A stretch of DNA of 64,000 nt from Tagaea sp. (GTDB lineage: Bacteria; Pseudomonadota; Alphaproteobacteria; CACIAM-22H2), in NCBI GenBank assembly GCA_965279525.1, contig CBDIIB010000005.1, positions 1 to 64,000 of the forward strand, written 5' to 3'. This document shows positions 47,568 to 62,801 of the stretch, in pieces (position 1 is the stretch's first letter; the number at the start of each line of letters is the position of its first letter). A program made the translations under genes and the position numbers. Below the pieces are notes generated by a model that searched no databases, was not told the DNA's origin, and worked only from the letters and a program-made list of their open reading frames with translations.

Positions 47568-48645
47568 GCGCCCCGCTCGTGATCCTCGCGGCCGGCGGGA
47601 CCGGCGGCCACGTGTTCCCGGCGGAAGCGCTGGCGGGTTCGCTTGCCGCGCGCGGCTTCCGCCTTGCCCTCGTCACCGACGACCGGGGGACCCGCTATGG
47701 CGGGCGCCTCGGCACGCTCGACACGCACCGCCTGCCGATCCGCAAGATGACCGGCGGCATCGTGCGCCGCTTCATCGGGGCGCTCAGCCTGGTGCCGGGC
47801 TATCTCGCCGCGCGCGCACTTCTCGGGCGCCTGAAGCCTGCCGCCGTCGTCGGCTTCGGCGGCTATCCGAGCCTGCCGACCGTCGCCGCCGCACGCCACC
47901 GTTTCCGTACCGCGATCCACGAGCAGAACGCCGTGCTGGGCCGCGTCAACCGGCTCGTCGCCGGCCACGTCGACGCGATCGCCACGTCGTTCGCCGACAC
48001 CCACGGGGTCGACGCGAAGGCCACGCTCGTCGGCAATCCGGTGCGCGCCAACGTCGCGGCGCTGCGCGACACACCCTTCGTCCTGCCGCAACCCGGCGGC
48101 ACGCTGCGCGTGCTGGTGACCGGCGGCAGCCAGGGGGCCGCTGTCTTCGGGCGCGTGCTGCCCGCGGCGATCGCCCTGCTTTCGCCCGCACAGCGCGCGC
48201 GCGTCGCCATCGTCCAGCAGTCGCGCCAGGAAGACGCCGAGACGGTGCGCACGAGCTACCGCACGCTGGGTTTCGCCGCGGAGGTGGAGCCGTTCTTCGC
48301 CGACCTGCCGCAGCGCATCGCCGCCGCCCATCTCGTGATCGCGCGCGCGGGGGCTTCGACCGTCGCCGAGCTTGCCTGCATCGGCCGGCCCTCGCTGCTG
48401 GTACCCCTGCCGACGGCCACCGACGACCACCAGACCGCCAATGCGCGCGCACTCGCGGCCGCCGGCGGCACTTGGCTCGTCCCCGAGCCGGAATTCACGC
48501 CCGCCGATCTCGCGGCACGCCTGGCCGCACTCATCGACGACCCGGCCCCGCTCGCTTCCCTCGCGGCGGGTGCGCATTCCTTCGGCCGGCCCGACGCTGT
48601 CGACCGGCTCGCGGATCTCGTCCAGCACCTCGCGGAGGGCAAAGC

Positions 48646-48649
<4 letters not shown>
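47564..48649 (+). CDS. murG: Lipid II GlcNAc transferase
   Basis: [36 protein letters not shown]. Confidence 0.96.
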
Positions 48650-50054
<1,405 letters not shown>

Positions 50055-50058
<4 letters not shown>

Positions 50059-50984
50059 TGGTCGAGACCCGTTCCTTGCGTCTTGTCGACCGGCTGCCGA
50101 AGGTCCGCGGGACCTATCGGGCGAACGCCAGCCTTGGCCAGTACACGTGGTTCCGCGTCGGCGGCCCGGCCGAAGTGCTGTTCCGCCCGGCCGACGAGGC
50201 TGATCTTGCCGTCTTCCTCGCCGGCAAGCCCGCCGACGTGCCGGTCACGGTGATGGGCGTGGGCTCCAACCTTCTCGTGCGCGACGGCGGCGTGCCCGGC
50301 GTGACGATCCGGCTCGGCAAGGGCTTCGCCGGAATCACGCATGACGGGCGCATCCTGCGCGCCGGTGCCGCTTGCCTCGATCTCAACGTCGCCCTGCAGG
50401 CGCGCGACTGGGGCCTTGCCGGCCTCGAGTTCCTGTCGGGCATTCCCGGCACGATCGGCGGGGCCTTGCGCATGAATGCCGGCGCCTACGGCAGCGAGAT
50501 GAAGGACGTGACGCTCGCCGCCGAAGCGCTCGACGCCAAGGGCGAGCGCCAGTACGTGACCAACGGCGCCTTGTGCTTCGGCTACCGCCACACCGGCATG
50601 CCCGCCGACTGGATCTTCGTTGCGGCCGAACTCAAGACCGCGACGGGCACGCAAGAAGCGATCGGTGCCCGCATGCTCGACATCCAGTCGAAGCGCGAGA
50701 CGACCCAGCCCGTGCGCGCGCGCACCGGCGGATCGACCTTCGCCAATCCCGACGGGGCGAAAGCCTGGGAGCTGATCGATGCCGCCGGCTGCCGCGGCCT
50801 TACGCGCGGCGGCGCGATTGTTTCGGAAAAGCACTGCAACTTCCTGATCAACACGGGCGAGGCGACCGCCGCCGATCTCGAGGATCTGGGCGAAGACGTG
50901 CGCGCGCGCGTCAACGCGAAATTCGGCGTCGATCTCAAGTGGGAGATCAAGCGCATCGGCATCCGGCTGGAGGCTGGCCAATGA
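50055..50984 (+). CDS. murB: UDP-N-acetylenolpyruvoylglucosamine reductase
   Basis: [42 protein letters not shown]. Confidence 0.96.
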
Positions 50985-51928
50985 CCCGCGTTCTCGTGCT
51001 GATGGGCGGCCTTTCGAGCGAGCGCGAAGTCAGCCTCGTGTCGGGGCGCGAGTGCGCCGCCGCCCTGCGCGCCAAGGGCTACGACGTTGCCGAGCACGAT
51101 TTCCGTTCGCTCGAAGGGCTGGTCGCCGCGCTGGCCGAAAAGCCCGACGCGGTCTTCAACGCTCTGCACGGCCGCTATGCCGAGGACGGCACGATCCAGG
51201 GCGTGCTCGACCTCGCGCGCGTTCCCTATACGCATTCGGGCCTGCTCGCCTCGGCAATGGCGATGGACAAACCGATCGCGCGCAGGCTTTTCGCCGCGCA
51301 CGGCCTGGCGGTGGCGCAGGGCGGCGTTTTCCACCGCGACGACGTGCTCGCCGGTCGCGCGATGGCCGTTCCGTTCGTGATGAAGCCGACCAACGAAGGC
51401 TCGTCGGTCGGCGTGAAGATCGTGCTGGAGAAATCCGATCTCGAAGCGCTCGCGTCCGAGCCCTGGGAATTTGACGACGAGGTGCTGGTCGAGCGCTACG
51501 TGCCGGGGCGCGAGCTGACGGTCGCCGTCCTCGGCGCCAACGGCTCGGCCAAGGCGCTGGGCGTGCTGGAGATCCGCCCCAACAACGGCTTTTACGACTA
51601 TGCCGCCAAATACACCGACGGCAAGGCGATCCATCTTTGCCCGGCGCCCATCGACGCGCGCGCCTACGCGCAGGCGATGGAGATGGCGCTCGAGGCGCAT
51701 CGTGCGCTCGGCTGCCGCGGCGTGAGCCGCGCCGACATCCGCTACGACGACACGCGCGGCGAACCGGGCGAACTGTGCCTGCTCGAGGTCAACACGCAAC
51801 CCGGCATGACGCCGCTGTCGCTGGTCCCCGAGATCGCCGCCGCCACCGGCATGAACTTCCCCGACCTGTGCGCCTGGCTCGTCGAGCATGCGCGCCACGA
51901 CGGGCCTGCACCCAAGGTGTCCGAATGA
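50981..51928 (+). CDS. ddl: D-Ala--D-Ala ligase
   Basis: GGLSSEREVSL, LHG..AEDG, EGSSVG, YDYAAKY, LEVNTQPGMT. Confidence 0.96.
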   Translation: MTRVLVLMGGLSSEREVSLVSGRECAAALRAKGYDVAEHDFRSLEGLVAALAEKPDAVFNALHGRYAEDGTIQGVLDLARVPYTHSGLLASAMAMDKPIARRLFAAHGLAVAQGGVFHRDDVLAGRAMAVPFVMKPTNEGSSVGVKIVLEKSDLEALASEPWEFDDEVLVERYVPGRELTVAVLGANGSAKALGVLEIRPNNGFYDYAAKYTDGKAIHLCPAPIDARAYAQAMEMALEAHRALGCRGVSRADIRYDDTRGEPGELCLLEVNTQPGMTPLSLVPEIAAATGMNFPDLCAWLVEHARHDGPAPKVSE

Positions 51929-52815
51929 TGCTGCGCCGCTCCAAATCGAAGAAGCCCGCGCGCCGGTTCGGCTGGCGACGCATCGCGTCGTTCCGCCCGT
52001 CGGCGCGCGCGATGAAGCTTTCGCTCGCCCTCGTCCTCGCCGCCTCGCTTGGCGGCGGCGGCTGGTGGGCATGGACGCACGGTGCGGCGGACCAGCTCGA
52101 AGACCTGCGCGTGGATGCCGGGCGCGGCGCCCTCGACTTCAGCGCGCGTCTGGGCCTTGTCGTGCGCGACATCCGCATCGAAGGCCGCGTGCAGACCGAT
52201 CCGCGCGACGTGCGCGCGGTGCTGGACGCGCGCCGCGGCTCGCCGATTCTCGCCTTCGATCCCTATGCGGCGAAGGCCGAGCTCGAGAAGCTTCCGTGGG
52301 TCTACAGCGCCACCGTCGAGCGCCGCCTGCCCGACACGATCCTCGTGCAGATCGACGAGCGCGTGCCGCTGGCCTTGTGGCAGCGCCAGGGCCGCTTCTC
52401 GCTGATCGATTCGCAAGGCAAGGAAATCCCCGGCACCGATCCCGCGCGCTTCGCCGACCGCCCCATCGTCGTTGGCGACGATGCACCCGAGCACGCCGGC
52501 GCCTTGATCGCCCTGCTGGAAACCGAGCCCGCGATGATGGCGCGCGTCGCCGCCGCCGTGCGCGTGGGCGGACGGCGCTGGAACCTGCGGCTCGACAACG
52601 GCGTGGACGTCAACCTGCCCGAAGCCAATCCGGGTGCGGCCTACGAACGGCTCGCCCAGCTCGCGCGCGACAACGGCCTCATCGACCGCAATCTCGTCGC
52701 GGTCGACCTTCGCCTGCCCGACCGCCTGATCCTGCGCGTCGGCCGCGAACAGCCCACGGCCATCCCGACACAGACGGCGCCGCTTCCGGCGCGCCGCCCC
52801 AACAAGCCGACCTGA
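51925..52815 (+). CDS. ftsQ: Cell division protein FtsQ
   Basis: Basic N-terminus, TM, POTRA LPWV..ATVERRLP, VDLRLPDR. Confidence 0.93.
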   Translation: MMLRRSKSKKPARRFGWRRIASFRPSARAMKLSLALVLAASLGGGGWWAWTHGAADQLEDLRVDAGRGALDFSARLGLVVRDIRIEGRVQTDPRDVRAVLDARRGSPILAFDPYAAKAELEKLPWVYSATVERRLPDTILVQIDERVPLALWQRQGRFSLIDSQGKEIPGTDPARFADRPIVVGDDAPEHAGALIALLETEPAMMARVAAAVRVGGRRWNLRLDNGVDVNLPEANPGAAYERLAQLARDNGLIDRNLVAVDLRLPDRLILRVGREQPTAIPTQTAPLPARRPNKPT

Positions 52816-52828
52816 GGAGCGACGCAGA

Positions 52829-54082
52829 GTGCGCAAGAGCAAGCGGAAATCCCGGAACGGCCTGATCGCGGCCCTCGATCTCGGCTCGACCAAGGTTGCC
52901 TGCTTCGTCGCCAAGGCCGAGCCCGACGGCTCGGCGCGCGTCGTGGGCATCGGCCACCAGATCAGCCATGGCGTGAAGGGCGGCGCGATCATCGATCTCG
53001 AGGACGCCGAGAACTCCATCCTGTCGGCCGTCTCGGCGGCCGAGCAGATGGCGGGCGAGACGCTGAAGAGCGTCGTCGTCAACCTGATCGGCGGCCATCC
53101 GCAGTCGCGCACGGTGCCGGTCGAGGTCGCGATTTCCGGCCACGAGATCGCCGAACACGACCTGCGCAAGGTGCTCGACCAGGCGCGCCAGACCCAGGGT
53201 GCCGCCGACCGGCGCCTCATCCATCAGATCCCCGTCGGCTTCACGATCGATGGCAGCCGCGGCATCCGCGATCCGCGCGGCATGTGCGGCGACCGGCTCG
53301 GCGTCAACATGCACATGCTGACGGCAGGCTCGGCGGCCGTGCGCAATCTCGAAAGCGTCGTCGCGCGCTGCCACCTGGAAGTCGAGGACGTCGTCGTGCC
53401 GGCCTATGCCGCCGGGCTCGCCTGTCTCGTCGAGGACGAGATGGACCTGGGCACCTGCGTCATCGACATGGGTGGCGGCACCACGTCCTTCGCCGTGTTC
53501 TTCGACGGGCACTGCGTCTATGCCGACACGATTTCGGTCGGTGGCGCCCACGTGACCAACGACATCGCGCGCGGGCTTTCGACGCCGCTCGCCTATGCCG
53601 AACGGATGAAAACGCTGCACGGCAGCTGCATCCCGTCGGCGGCCGACGAACGCGAGATCATCGACGTGCCGCTGGTCGGCGAGGAAGAGCACGCGCAGGC
53701 CAACCACGTGCCCAAATCGATCCTGACCGGGATCATCGCACCGCGCCTCGAAGAGACGTTCGAGATGGTGCGCCAGCGTCTCGAAGCCTCGGGCTTCGAC
53801 CGCATCGCGGGCCGGCGCGTCGTGCTGACAGGCGGCGCTTCGCAGCTCCAGGGCGTGCGCGAGCTTGCCGCCATGGTCCTCGACAAGCAGGTGCGCATGG
53901 GCAAGCCCATCCGCCTCGCCGGTCTCGCCGACCAGACCGGCGGCCCCGCCTTCGCGGCGTGCGCCGGGCTCGTCGCTTTCGCCCTCGCCAAGGGCACGGA
54001 ATCCATGCGGACCGAGGCCGCACCCGCCCAGGGTGCCGGCATGTTCGGCCGTTTCGGGATGTGGCTGAAGGAGAACCTATGA
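52829..54082 (+). CDS. ftsA: Cell division protein FtsA
   Basis: [37 protein letters not shown]-terminal amphipathic WLKENL. Confidence 0.96.
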   Translation: MRKSKRKSRNGLIAALDLGSTKVACFVAKAEPDGSARVVGIGHQISHGVKGGAIIDLEDAENSILSAVSAAEQMAGETLKSVVVNLIGGHPQSRTVPVEVAISGHEIAEHDLRKVLDQARQTQGAADRRLIHQIPVGFTIDGSRGIRDPRGMCGDRLGVNMHMLTAGSAAVRNLESVVARCHLEVEDVVVPAYAAGLACLVEDEMDLGTCVIDMGGGTTSFAVFFDGHCVYADTISVGGAHVTNDIARGLSTPLAYAERMKTLHGSCIPSAADEREIIDVPLVGEEEHAQANHVPKSILTGIIAPRLEETFEMVRQRLEASGFDRIAGRRVVLTGGASQLQGVRELAAMVLDKQVRMGKPIRLAGLADQTGGPAFAACAGLVAFALAKGTESMRTEAAPAQGAGMFGRFGMWLKENL

Positions 54083-54194
54083 CGGAAGGACCTTCGCCGC
54101 GCAACGCAAGACCACCACACCGTCTCGGCCCGCGAAAACCGGGCCACCAGATCAACCAGCTTTTCGGAACTCACAGGGATCGGAGGTAACGACC

Positions 54195-55844
54195 ATGGCC
54201 ATCACACTCGGAATCCAGCCCAGCGAACTCAAGCCGCGCATCACCGTCGTCGGTGTGGGCGGTGCCGGCGGCAATGCCGTCAACAACATGATCCGCGCCA
54301 AGCTCGAAGGCGTGGAGTTCGTCGTCGCCAACACCGACGCGCAGGCACTCGGCCAGTCGATCGCGGAACGCAAGCTCCAGCTCGGCGTGGGCGTCACGCA
54401 AGGGCTGGGTGCGGGCTCGCGTCCCGACGTCGGCCGCGTGGCGGCGGAAGAATCGATGGGCGATCTCCTGGAGCACATCCAGGGTTCGCACATGGTGTTC
54501 GTCGCCGCCGGCATGGGCGGGGGCACCGGCACCGGTGCCGCCCCGGTCATCGCGCGGGCGTGCCGCGAGCATGGCATCCTGACGGTCGGCGTGGTGACCA
54601 AGCCCTTCCACTTCGAAGGGCAGAACCGCATGCGCTTGGCCGAAGCGGGCATCGAGGAACTGCAGCAGACGGTCGACACGCTCATCATCATCCCGAACCA
54701 GAACCTGTTCCGGGTGGCCAACGAGCGCACGACCTTCGCCGACGCCTTCAAGATGGCCGACGACGTGCTGTACTCGGGCGTTCGCGGCGTCACCGACCTC
54801 ATGGTGATGCCGGGCCTCATCAATCTCGACTTCGCCGACATCCGCTCGGTGATGGGCGAGATGGGCAAGGCGATGATGGGCACGGGCGAGGCCGAGGGCG
54901 ACAACCGCGCCATCGACGCCGCCCAGAAGGCGATCTCGAACCCGCTGCTCGACGACGTGTCGATGAAGGGCGCCAAGGGCGTGCTCATCAACATCACCGG
55001 CGGCATGGACATGACGCTGTTCGAGGTCGACGAGGCGGCCAACCGCATCCGCGACGAAGTGGATCCGGAAGCCAACATCATCTTCGGTTCGACCTTCGAC
55101 GAGAGCCTCAACGGCCGCATGCGCGTGTCGGTCGTGGCCACCGGCATCGAGGCGGTCGCCGCCGCGATGCCGCTGCCCGACAAGAAGATCGTCAACATCC
55201 GGGCGACCGCGCGCCCGGCGATGCCCACGGCCCCGATGACCACGACGGCACCCGCCGCCGTGGCCGCGGCGACCGCGATCCCGCCGATGCCGGCCTATGT
55301 GCCGGCGACGGTGGCCCAGGCGGCACCCATCCAGCAGGGTGCCACCGCCCTGAAGATGGAACCGGCCCCGATGCCCGAACCCGCACCGGCACCCGCCCCG
55401 GTCGAGACGGTCGCCGAGCCGGCCCCGATCGTCGCGGCACCGGTCGCCGAGGCGTTCATCCCGCCCCGGCCGGTCGAGGTCGCGGCCCCGGCCGCCGCCC
55501 CGGCGCAGCCGGCCAACCCGTTCGCCGAGGCCGAAATGGTCAACGCGGGCAAGACGACCGCCGCCAAGCCCGCCCGTCCGGAATCGCTGTTCAAGCGGAT
55601 GATGCGGACCGGCGCCCAGCGGCCGGAGGCGGGAGCGGTCCCGCAGCCCACGCTGGTGGCACCTGTCGGCGGCATCATGCCGGCGGCGGCCGCTCCGGCA
55701 CCCGCACCGGTGCCGGCACCGGCTCCCCAGCCGGTCGTGACCCAGCCGCGTCTGGGCGGTCTCGACCCGTCGGACCGTCTCCAGACCAAGTCGGAAGACG
55801 ACCTGCTGGAAATCCCGGCGTTCCTGCGCCGCCAGGCGAACTAG
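54195..55844 (+). CDS. ftsZ: Cell division protein FtsZ (long Pro/Ala linker)
   Basis: GGGTGTG tubulin motif, NLDFAD, C-terminal [12 protein letters not shown]. Confidence 0.98.
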   Translation: MAITLGIQPSELKPRITVVGVGGAGGNAVNNMIRAKLEGVEFVVANTDAQALGQSIAERKLQLGVGVTQGLGAGSRPDVGRVAAEESMGDLLEHIQGSHMVFVAAGMGGGTGTGAAPVIARACREHGILTVGVVTKPFHFEGQNRMRLAEAGIEELQQTVDTLIIIPNQNLFRVANERTTFADAFKMADDVLYSGVRGVTDLMVMPGLINLDFADIRSVMGEMGKAMMGTGEAEGDNRAIDAAQKAISNPLLDDVSMKGAKGVLINITGGMDMTLFEVDEAANRIRDEVDPEANIIFGSTFDESLNGRMRVSVVATGIEAVAAAMPLPDKKIVNIRATARPAMPTAPMTTTAPAAVAAATAIPPMPAYVPATVAQAAPIQQGATALKMEPAPMPEPAPAPAPVETVAEPAPIVAAPVAEAFIPPRPVEVAAPAAAPAQPANPFAEAEMVNAGKTTAAKPARPESLFKRMMRTGAQRPEAGAVPQPTLVAPVGGIMPAAAAPAPAPVPAPAPQPVVTQPRLGGLDPSDRLQTKSEDDLLEIPAFLRRQAN

Positions 55845-55872
55845 AGCTGCAACAGTTCGCAACAAAAGGTGA

Positions 55873-55925
55873 CTTGAGGCTCCGGGGGTGGTCCTGTACC
55901 AACCCTCGGAGCCTCAAGGTTTTTT
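55873..55925 (+). terminator. Intrinsic terminator after ftsZ
   Basis: CTTGAGGCTCCG (55873-55884) / CGGAGCCTCAAG (55907-55918) followed by GTTTTTT. Confidence 0.8.
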
Positions 55926-55955
55926 CAGGGGAAGAAGTCGCCGCGGCCCGGCGTT

Positions 55956-56939
55956 GTGGTCGCAGAGTGCCTCTCCCACCGGAGTTCTGATTTGCTCGGC
56001 AAGCGTACACAAAAGCCACGTACCGTTGCGCAGCGCACCCTGAAGGGTCCGATCGCCTGCACCGGCACCGGCCTGCATTCCGGCCGGAAGGTCGCGATGC
56101 AGCTCCTGCCGGCACCGCCCAATCACGGCATCGTGTTCCGCCGGCGCGACGTGCCCGGCGACGCCGGCATCCTGAAGGCCGATTTCCGCGCCGTGCGCGA
56201 CACGCGCCTGTGCTCGATGCTGGCCAACGACGCGGGCACGAAGATCGGCACGGTCGAGCATCTGATGGCCGCCCTCTACGGCTCGGAGATCGACAACCTG
56301 ATCGTCGAACTGGACGCCGACGAAGTGCCGGTCATGGACGGCTCGGCCGCCCCGTTCCTGTTCCTTGTCGACTGCGCCGGAACCATCGAGCAGGCGGCGC
56401 CGCGCCGCGCCATCGAGATCCTGGCCCCCGTCGCCTTCGAAGAAGGCGACGCGCACATGGCGCTGACGCCGGGTGCGGGCTTCTCGGCCGAGTTCGAGAT
56501 CGATTTCGCCAACGAGGCGATCGGCCGGCAGGCCATCCACGTGGCACTGGAACCGGCGAGCTTCCGCCAGGAAATCGCGCGCGCCCGCACGTTCGGCTTC
56601 GAGCACGAGGTCGCCTCGCTGCGCGCGATGGGCCTTGCCCGCGGCGGTTCGCTCGACAACGCGGTCGTCGTGTCGGGCGAGCGCATCCTCAACGAGGACG
56701 GCCTGCGCTTCGACGACGAGTTCGTGCGCCACAAGGTGCTCGACCTGGTCGGCGACTTCTACCTCGCCGGCGCCCCGATCCTGGGCCACGTGCAGGCCCG
56801 GCGCAGCGGCCACCGCCACAACAACGCGCTGCTGCATGCCCTGTTCGCCAGCCCCGCCGCCTGGCGCTGGACCGAAGTGGGTGCCGATACCTATTCCCGC
56901 CCGATCGCGGCCCGCGCCAGCGTTCTGGCCTCCGATTGA
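55956..56939 (+). CDS. lpxC: UDP-3-O-acyl-GlcNAc deacetylase (start uncertain; TTG 55992 possible)
   Basis: QRTLK..GTGLHSG, TVEHLMAAL, ARARTFGF, HKVLDLVGD, SGH. Confidence 0.95.
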   Translation: MVAECLSHRSSDLLGKRTQKPRTVAQRTLKGPIACTGTGLHSGRKVAMQLLPAPPNHGIVFRRRDVPGDAGILKADFRAVRDTRLCSMLANDAGTKIGTVEHLMAALYGSEIDNLIVELDADEVPVMDGSAAPFLFLVDCAGTIEQAAPRRAIEILAPVAFEEGDAHMALTPGAGFSAEFEIDFANEAIGRQAIHVALEPASFRQEIARARTFGFEHEVASLRAMGLARGGSLDNAVVVSGERILNEDGLRFDDEFVRHKVLDLVGDFYLAGAPILGHVQARRSGHRHNNALLHALFASPAAWRWTEVGADTYSRPIAARASVLASD

Positions 56940-57000
56940 CCGGCCCGCCCGGCCTTCGGGCAGGGCTGAAATTCCCTCCGGATTCGCCTATATTGGGACC

Positions 57001-57837
57001 ATGATCGCCAGACGCGCCCCCCGGACGATTCGCCTCGCCGCCGCCCTTGCCCTCGGCGCGCTTGCCGCTGCCTGCAGCGGCACCGAGGAAGAGGCCTATG
57101 TCGAGAAGCCGGTCGAGGAACTCTACAACAACGCCGTGAACGCGATGTCGACCGGCAACAACATCCGGGCGGCCAAGCTGTTCGACGAGGTCGAGCGCCA
57201 GCACCCCTATTCGGTCTGGGCGACCCGGGCGCTGCTGCAGGCCGCCTATGCGCACTACCAGGCCAACAAGTACGACGACGCCATCGTGGCGCTGGACCGT
57301 TTCATCCAGCTCAACCCGTCCAATCGCGACGTCGCCTACGCCTATTATCTGAAGGCGCTGTGCAACTACGAGCAGATCACCGACGTGGCGCGCGACGCGC
57401 GCATGACCGAGCTTTCCCTGCAGGCGCTGCAGGAGGTCGTGCGCCGCTTTCCCGAAACGTCCTTCGCGCGCGACGCGCGCGTGAAGATCGACCTCACCTA
57501 CGACCATCTCGCCGGCAAGGAGATGGAGGTCGGACGCTTCTATCTCAAGCGCGGCCAGTGGCTGGCGGCGATCAACCGCTTCCGCACGGTCGTGGACAAG
57601 TACCAGACCACGGGCCACACGCCCGAAGCGCTCCACCGCCTGGTCGAGGCCTACATGGCGCTTGGCCTCGTCGACGAGGCGCGCCGGTCGGCCGCCGTGC
57701 TCGGCCACAACTATCCCGGCAGCGAGTGGTACCAGGACTCCTACGCGCTGGTCGGCACGGGCCAGCTGCCCAAGGACGAGCGCCCGGGCATCGTCTCGCG
57801 CACGCTCAACGCCCTCAATCCGCTGAACCTGTTCTAG
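57001..57837 (+). CDS. bamD: Outer membrane protein assembly factor BamD
   Basis: Lipobox LAAC; EVERQHPYS, HLAGKEMEVGRFY, GHNYPGSEWY. Confidence 0.95.
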   Translation: MIARRAPRTIRLAAALALGALAAACSGTEEEAYVEKPVEELYNNAVNAMSTGNNIRAAKLFDEVERQHPYSVWATRALLQAAYAHYQANKYDDAIVALDRFIQLNPSNRDVAYAYYLKALCNYEQITDVARDARMTELSLQALQEVVRRFPETSFARDARVKIDLTYDHLAGKEMEVGRFYLKRGQWLAAINRFRTVVDKYQTTGHTPEALHRLVEAYMALGLVDEARRSAAVLGHNYPGSEWYQDSYALVGTGQLPKDERPGIVSRTLNALNPLNLF

Positions 57838-57871
57838 ATCGCGGGCTCGCCGGTCTAGGAATAAATAACGA

Positions 57872-57908
57872 GAACATATTGACAACATCCGGGCTTCGCC
57901 GCTAGCCT
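57872..57908 (+). promoter_or_regulatory. recN promoter with putative alphaproteobacterial LexA box
   Basis: TTGACA (57879-57884) -N18- TAGCCT; GAAC-N7-CAAC (57872-57886) is one mismatch from GAAC-N7-GAAC and overlaps the -35. Confidence 0.55.
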
Positions 57909-58047
57909 CTGCGTGCGAGTCCCCCTCCCACACCTCGCGAGGCCGCTGCCCGTGACAAACCCTCCCCGCCGGTCCCCGGAACGCCCGCATCTGACGCTCG
58001 TGCCGCCCGCCTTCCCTGTGGCCGATTCTCCCGCTACATCGAAGGCG

Positions 58048-61885
<3,838 letters not shown>

Positions 61886-61886
<1 letters not shown>

Positions 61887-62179
61887 TGGCGTCCGTCACC
61901 GCGACGGCACCCGACGGCCGCGTCGTCGTGGTCCACGAATATGCGGGCGACGAGCTGGGCGAGGATTACGCGCTCGCCGACATCGTCGAAGATCTCGCGA
62001 TCGGCCGGATGGACGGGGACGCGTTCGTGATCGAGCGCCGCCAGCTTCGCGAGCTGGAAACGCTCGCCCACGGCTTCTCGTTCGACTATCCGGAAGGCTT
62101 CGTCGAGATGTGCCTCGACATCGTGCGCGCAGGCGCAAGCCTGCCCGGGGACAGCTTGCGCTTCGAGGCGGATTTCTGA
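61886..62179 (+). CDS. Small acidic hypothetical protein (97 aa)
   Basis: TAATG overlap with the ligA stop; coding-like codon use. Confidence 0.65.
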
Positions 62180-62183
62180 AACG

Positions 62184-62801
62184 TCAGGGCTTGCGCGCGA
62201 AGGCCAGAAGCGCGCCGAGCCCGCAGATCGCGACACCCGATGCCGCGCGCACGCGACGCAGGATGTCGGGCCGGCGGGTCAGGCCGTCGCGCGCCCGCAC
62301 GGCCCCGAACACGACGGCCACGTCGACGCCGGTGTTCAGCAGCACCGAGATGCAGCCCAGAAGCACGAACTGCCCCGCCACGCCGCCGGCCGACGGATCG
62401 ACGAACTGCGGCAGGAAGGCGAGGAAGAAGGCCGCCGTCTTCGGGTTGAGCGCCTCGACGACGATGCCTTCGCGAAACGCGCGGGCAGCGCCCGTCGCGG
62501 CGACGGGCCCCGCGACGGCGATCCCGGCCTCGCGCACGGTCTTGATGCCGAGCCAGACGAGATAGATGGCCCCGGCGAACTTCAGCAGCGCGAAGGCTTC
62601 CGCACTCGCGAGCACGAGCGCCGACACGCCGAGCGCACCGGCCAGCACATGCACGAGTCCGCCAAGGCCGGTGCCGAACGTCGAGGCGAGCCCCTCGGCC
62701 CGGCCGCCGGCCAGCGTGCGCGCGGCGACATAGAAGATGCCGGGACCCGGCGTGAGCGCCACGACAAAGGCGGCGACCAGGAAAAGCGCGAATTCCGTCA
62801 T
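62184..62801 (-). CDS. LysE/RhtB-family translocator
   Basis: LTPGPG, GAIYLVWLG, EALNPK..FFLAFLPQF. Confidence 0.92.
   Translation of the reverse strand: MTEFALFLVAAFVVALTPGPGIFYVAARTLAGGRAEGLASTFGTGLGGLVHVLAGALGVSALVLASAEAFALLKFAGAIYLVWLGIKTVREAGIAVAGPVAATGAARAFREGIVVEALNPKTAAFFLAFLPQFVDPSAGGVAGQFVLLGCISVLLNTGVDVAVVFGAVRARDGLTRRPDILRRVRAASGVAICGLGALLAFARKP

Noticed and set aside
55200-55750. Pro/Ala repeats (CCGGCA-like) in ftsZ
   Set aside because: Ordinary long alphaproteobacterial FtsZ linker, not a repeat array
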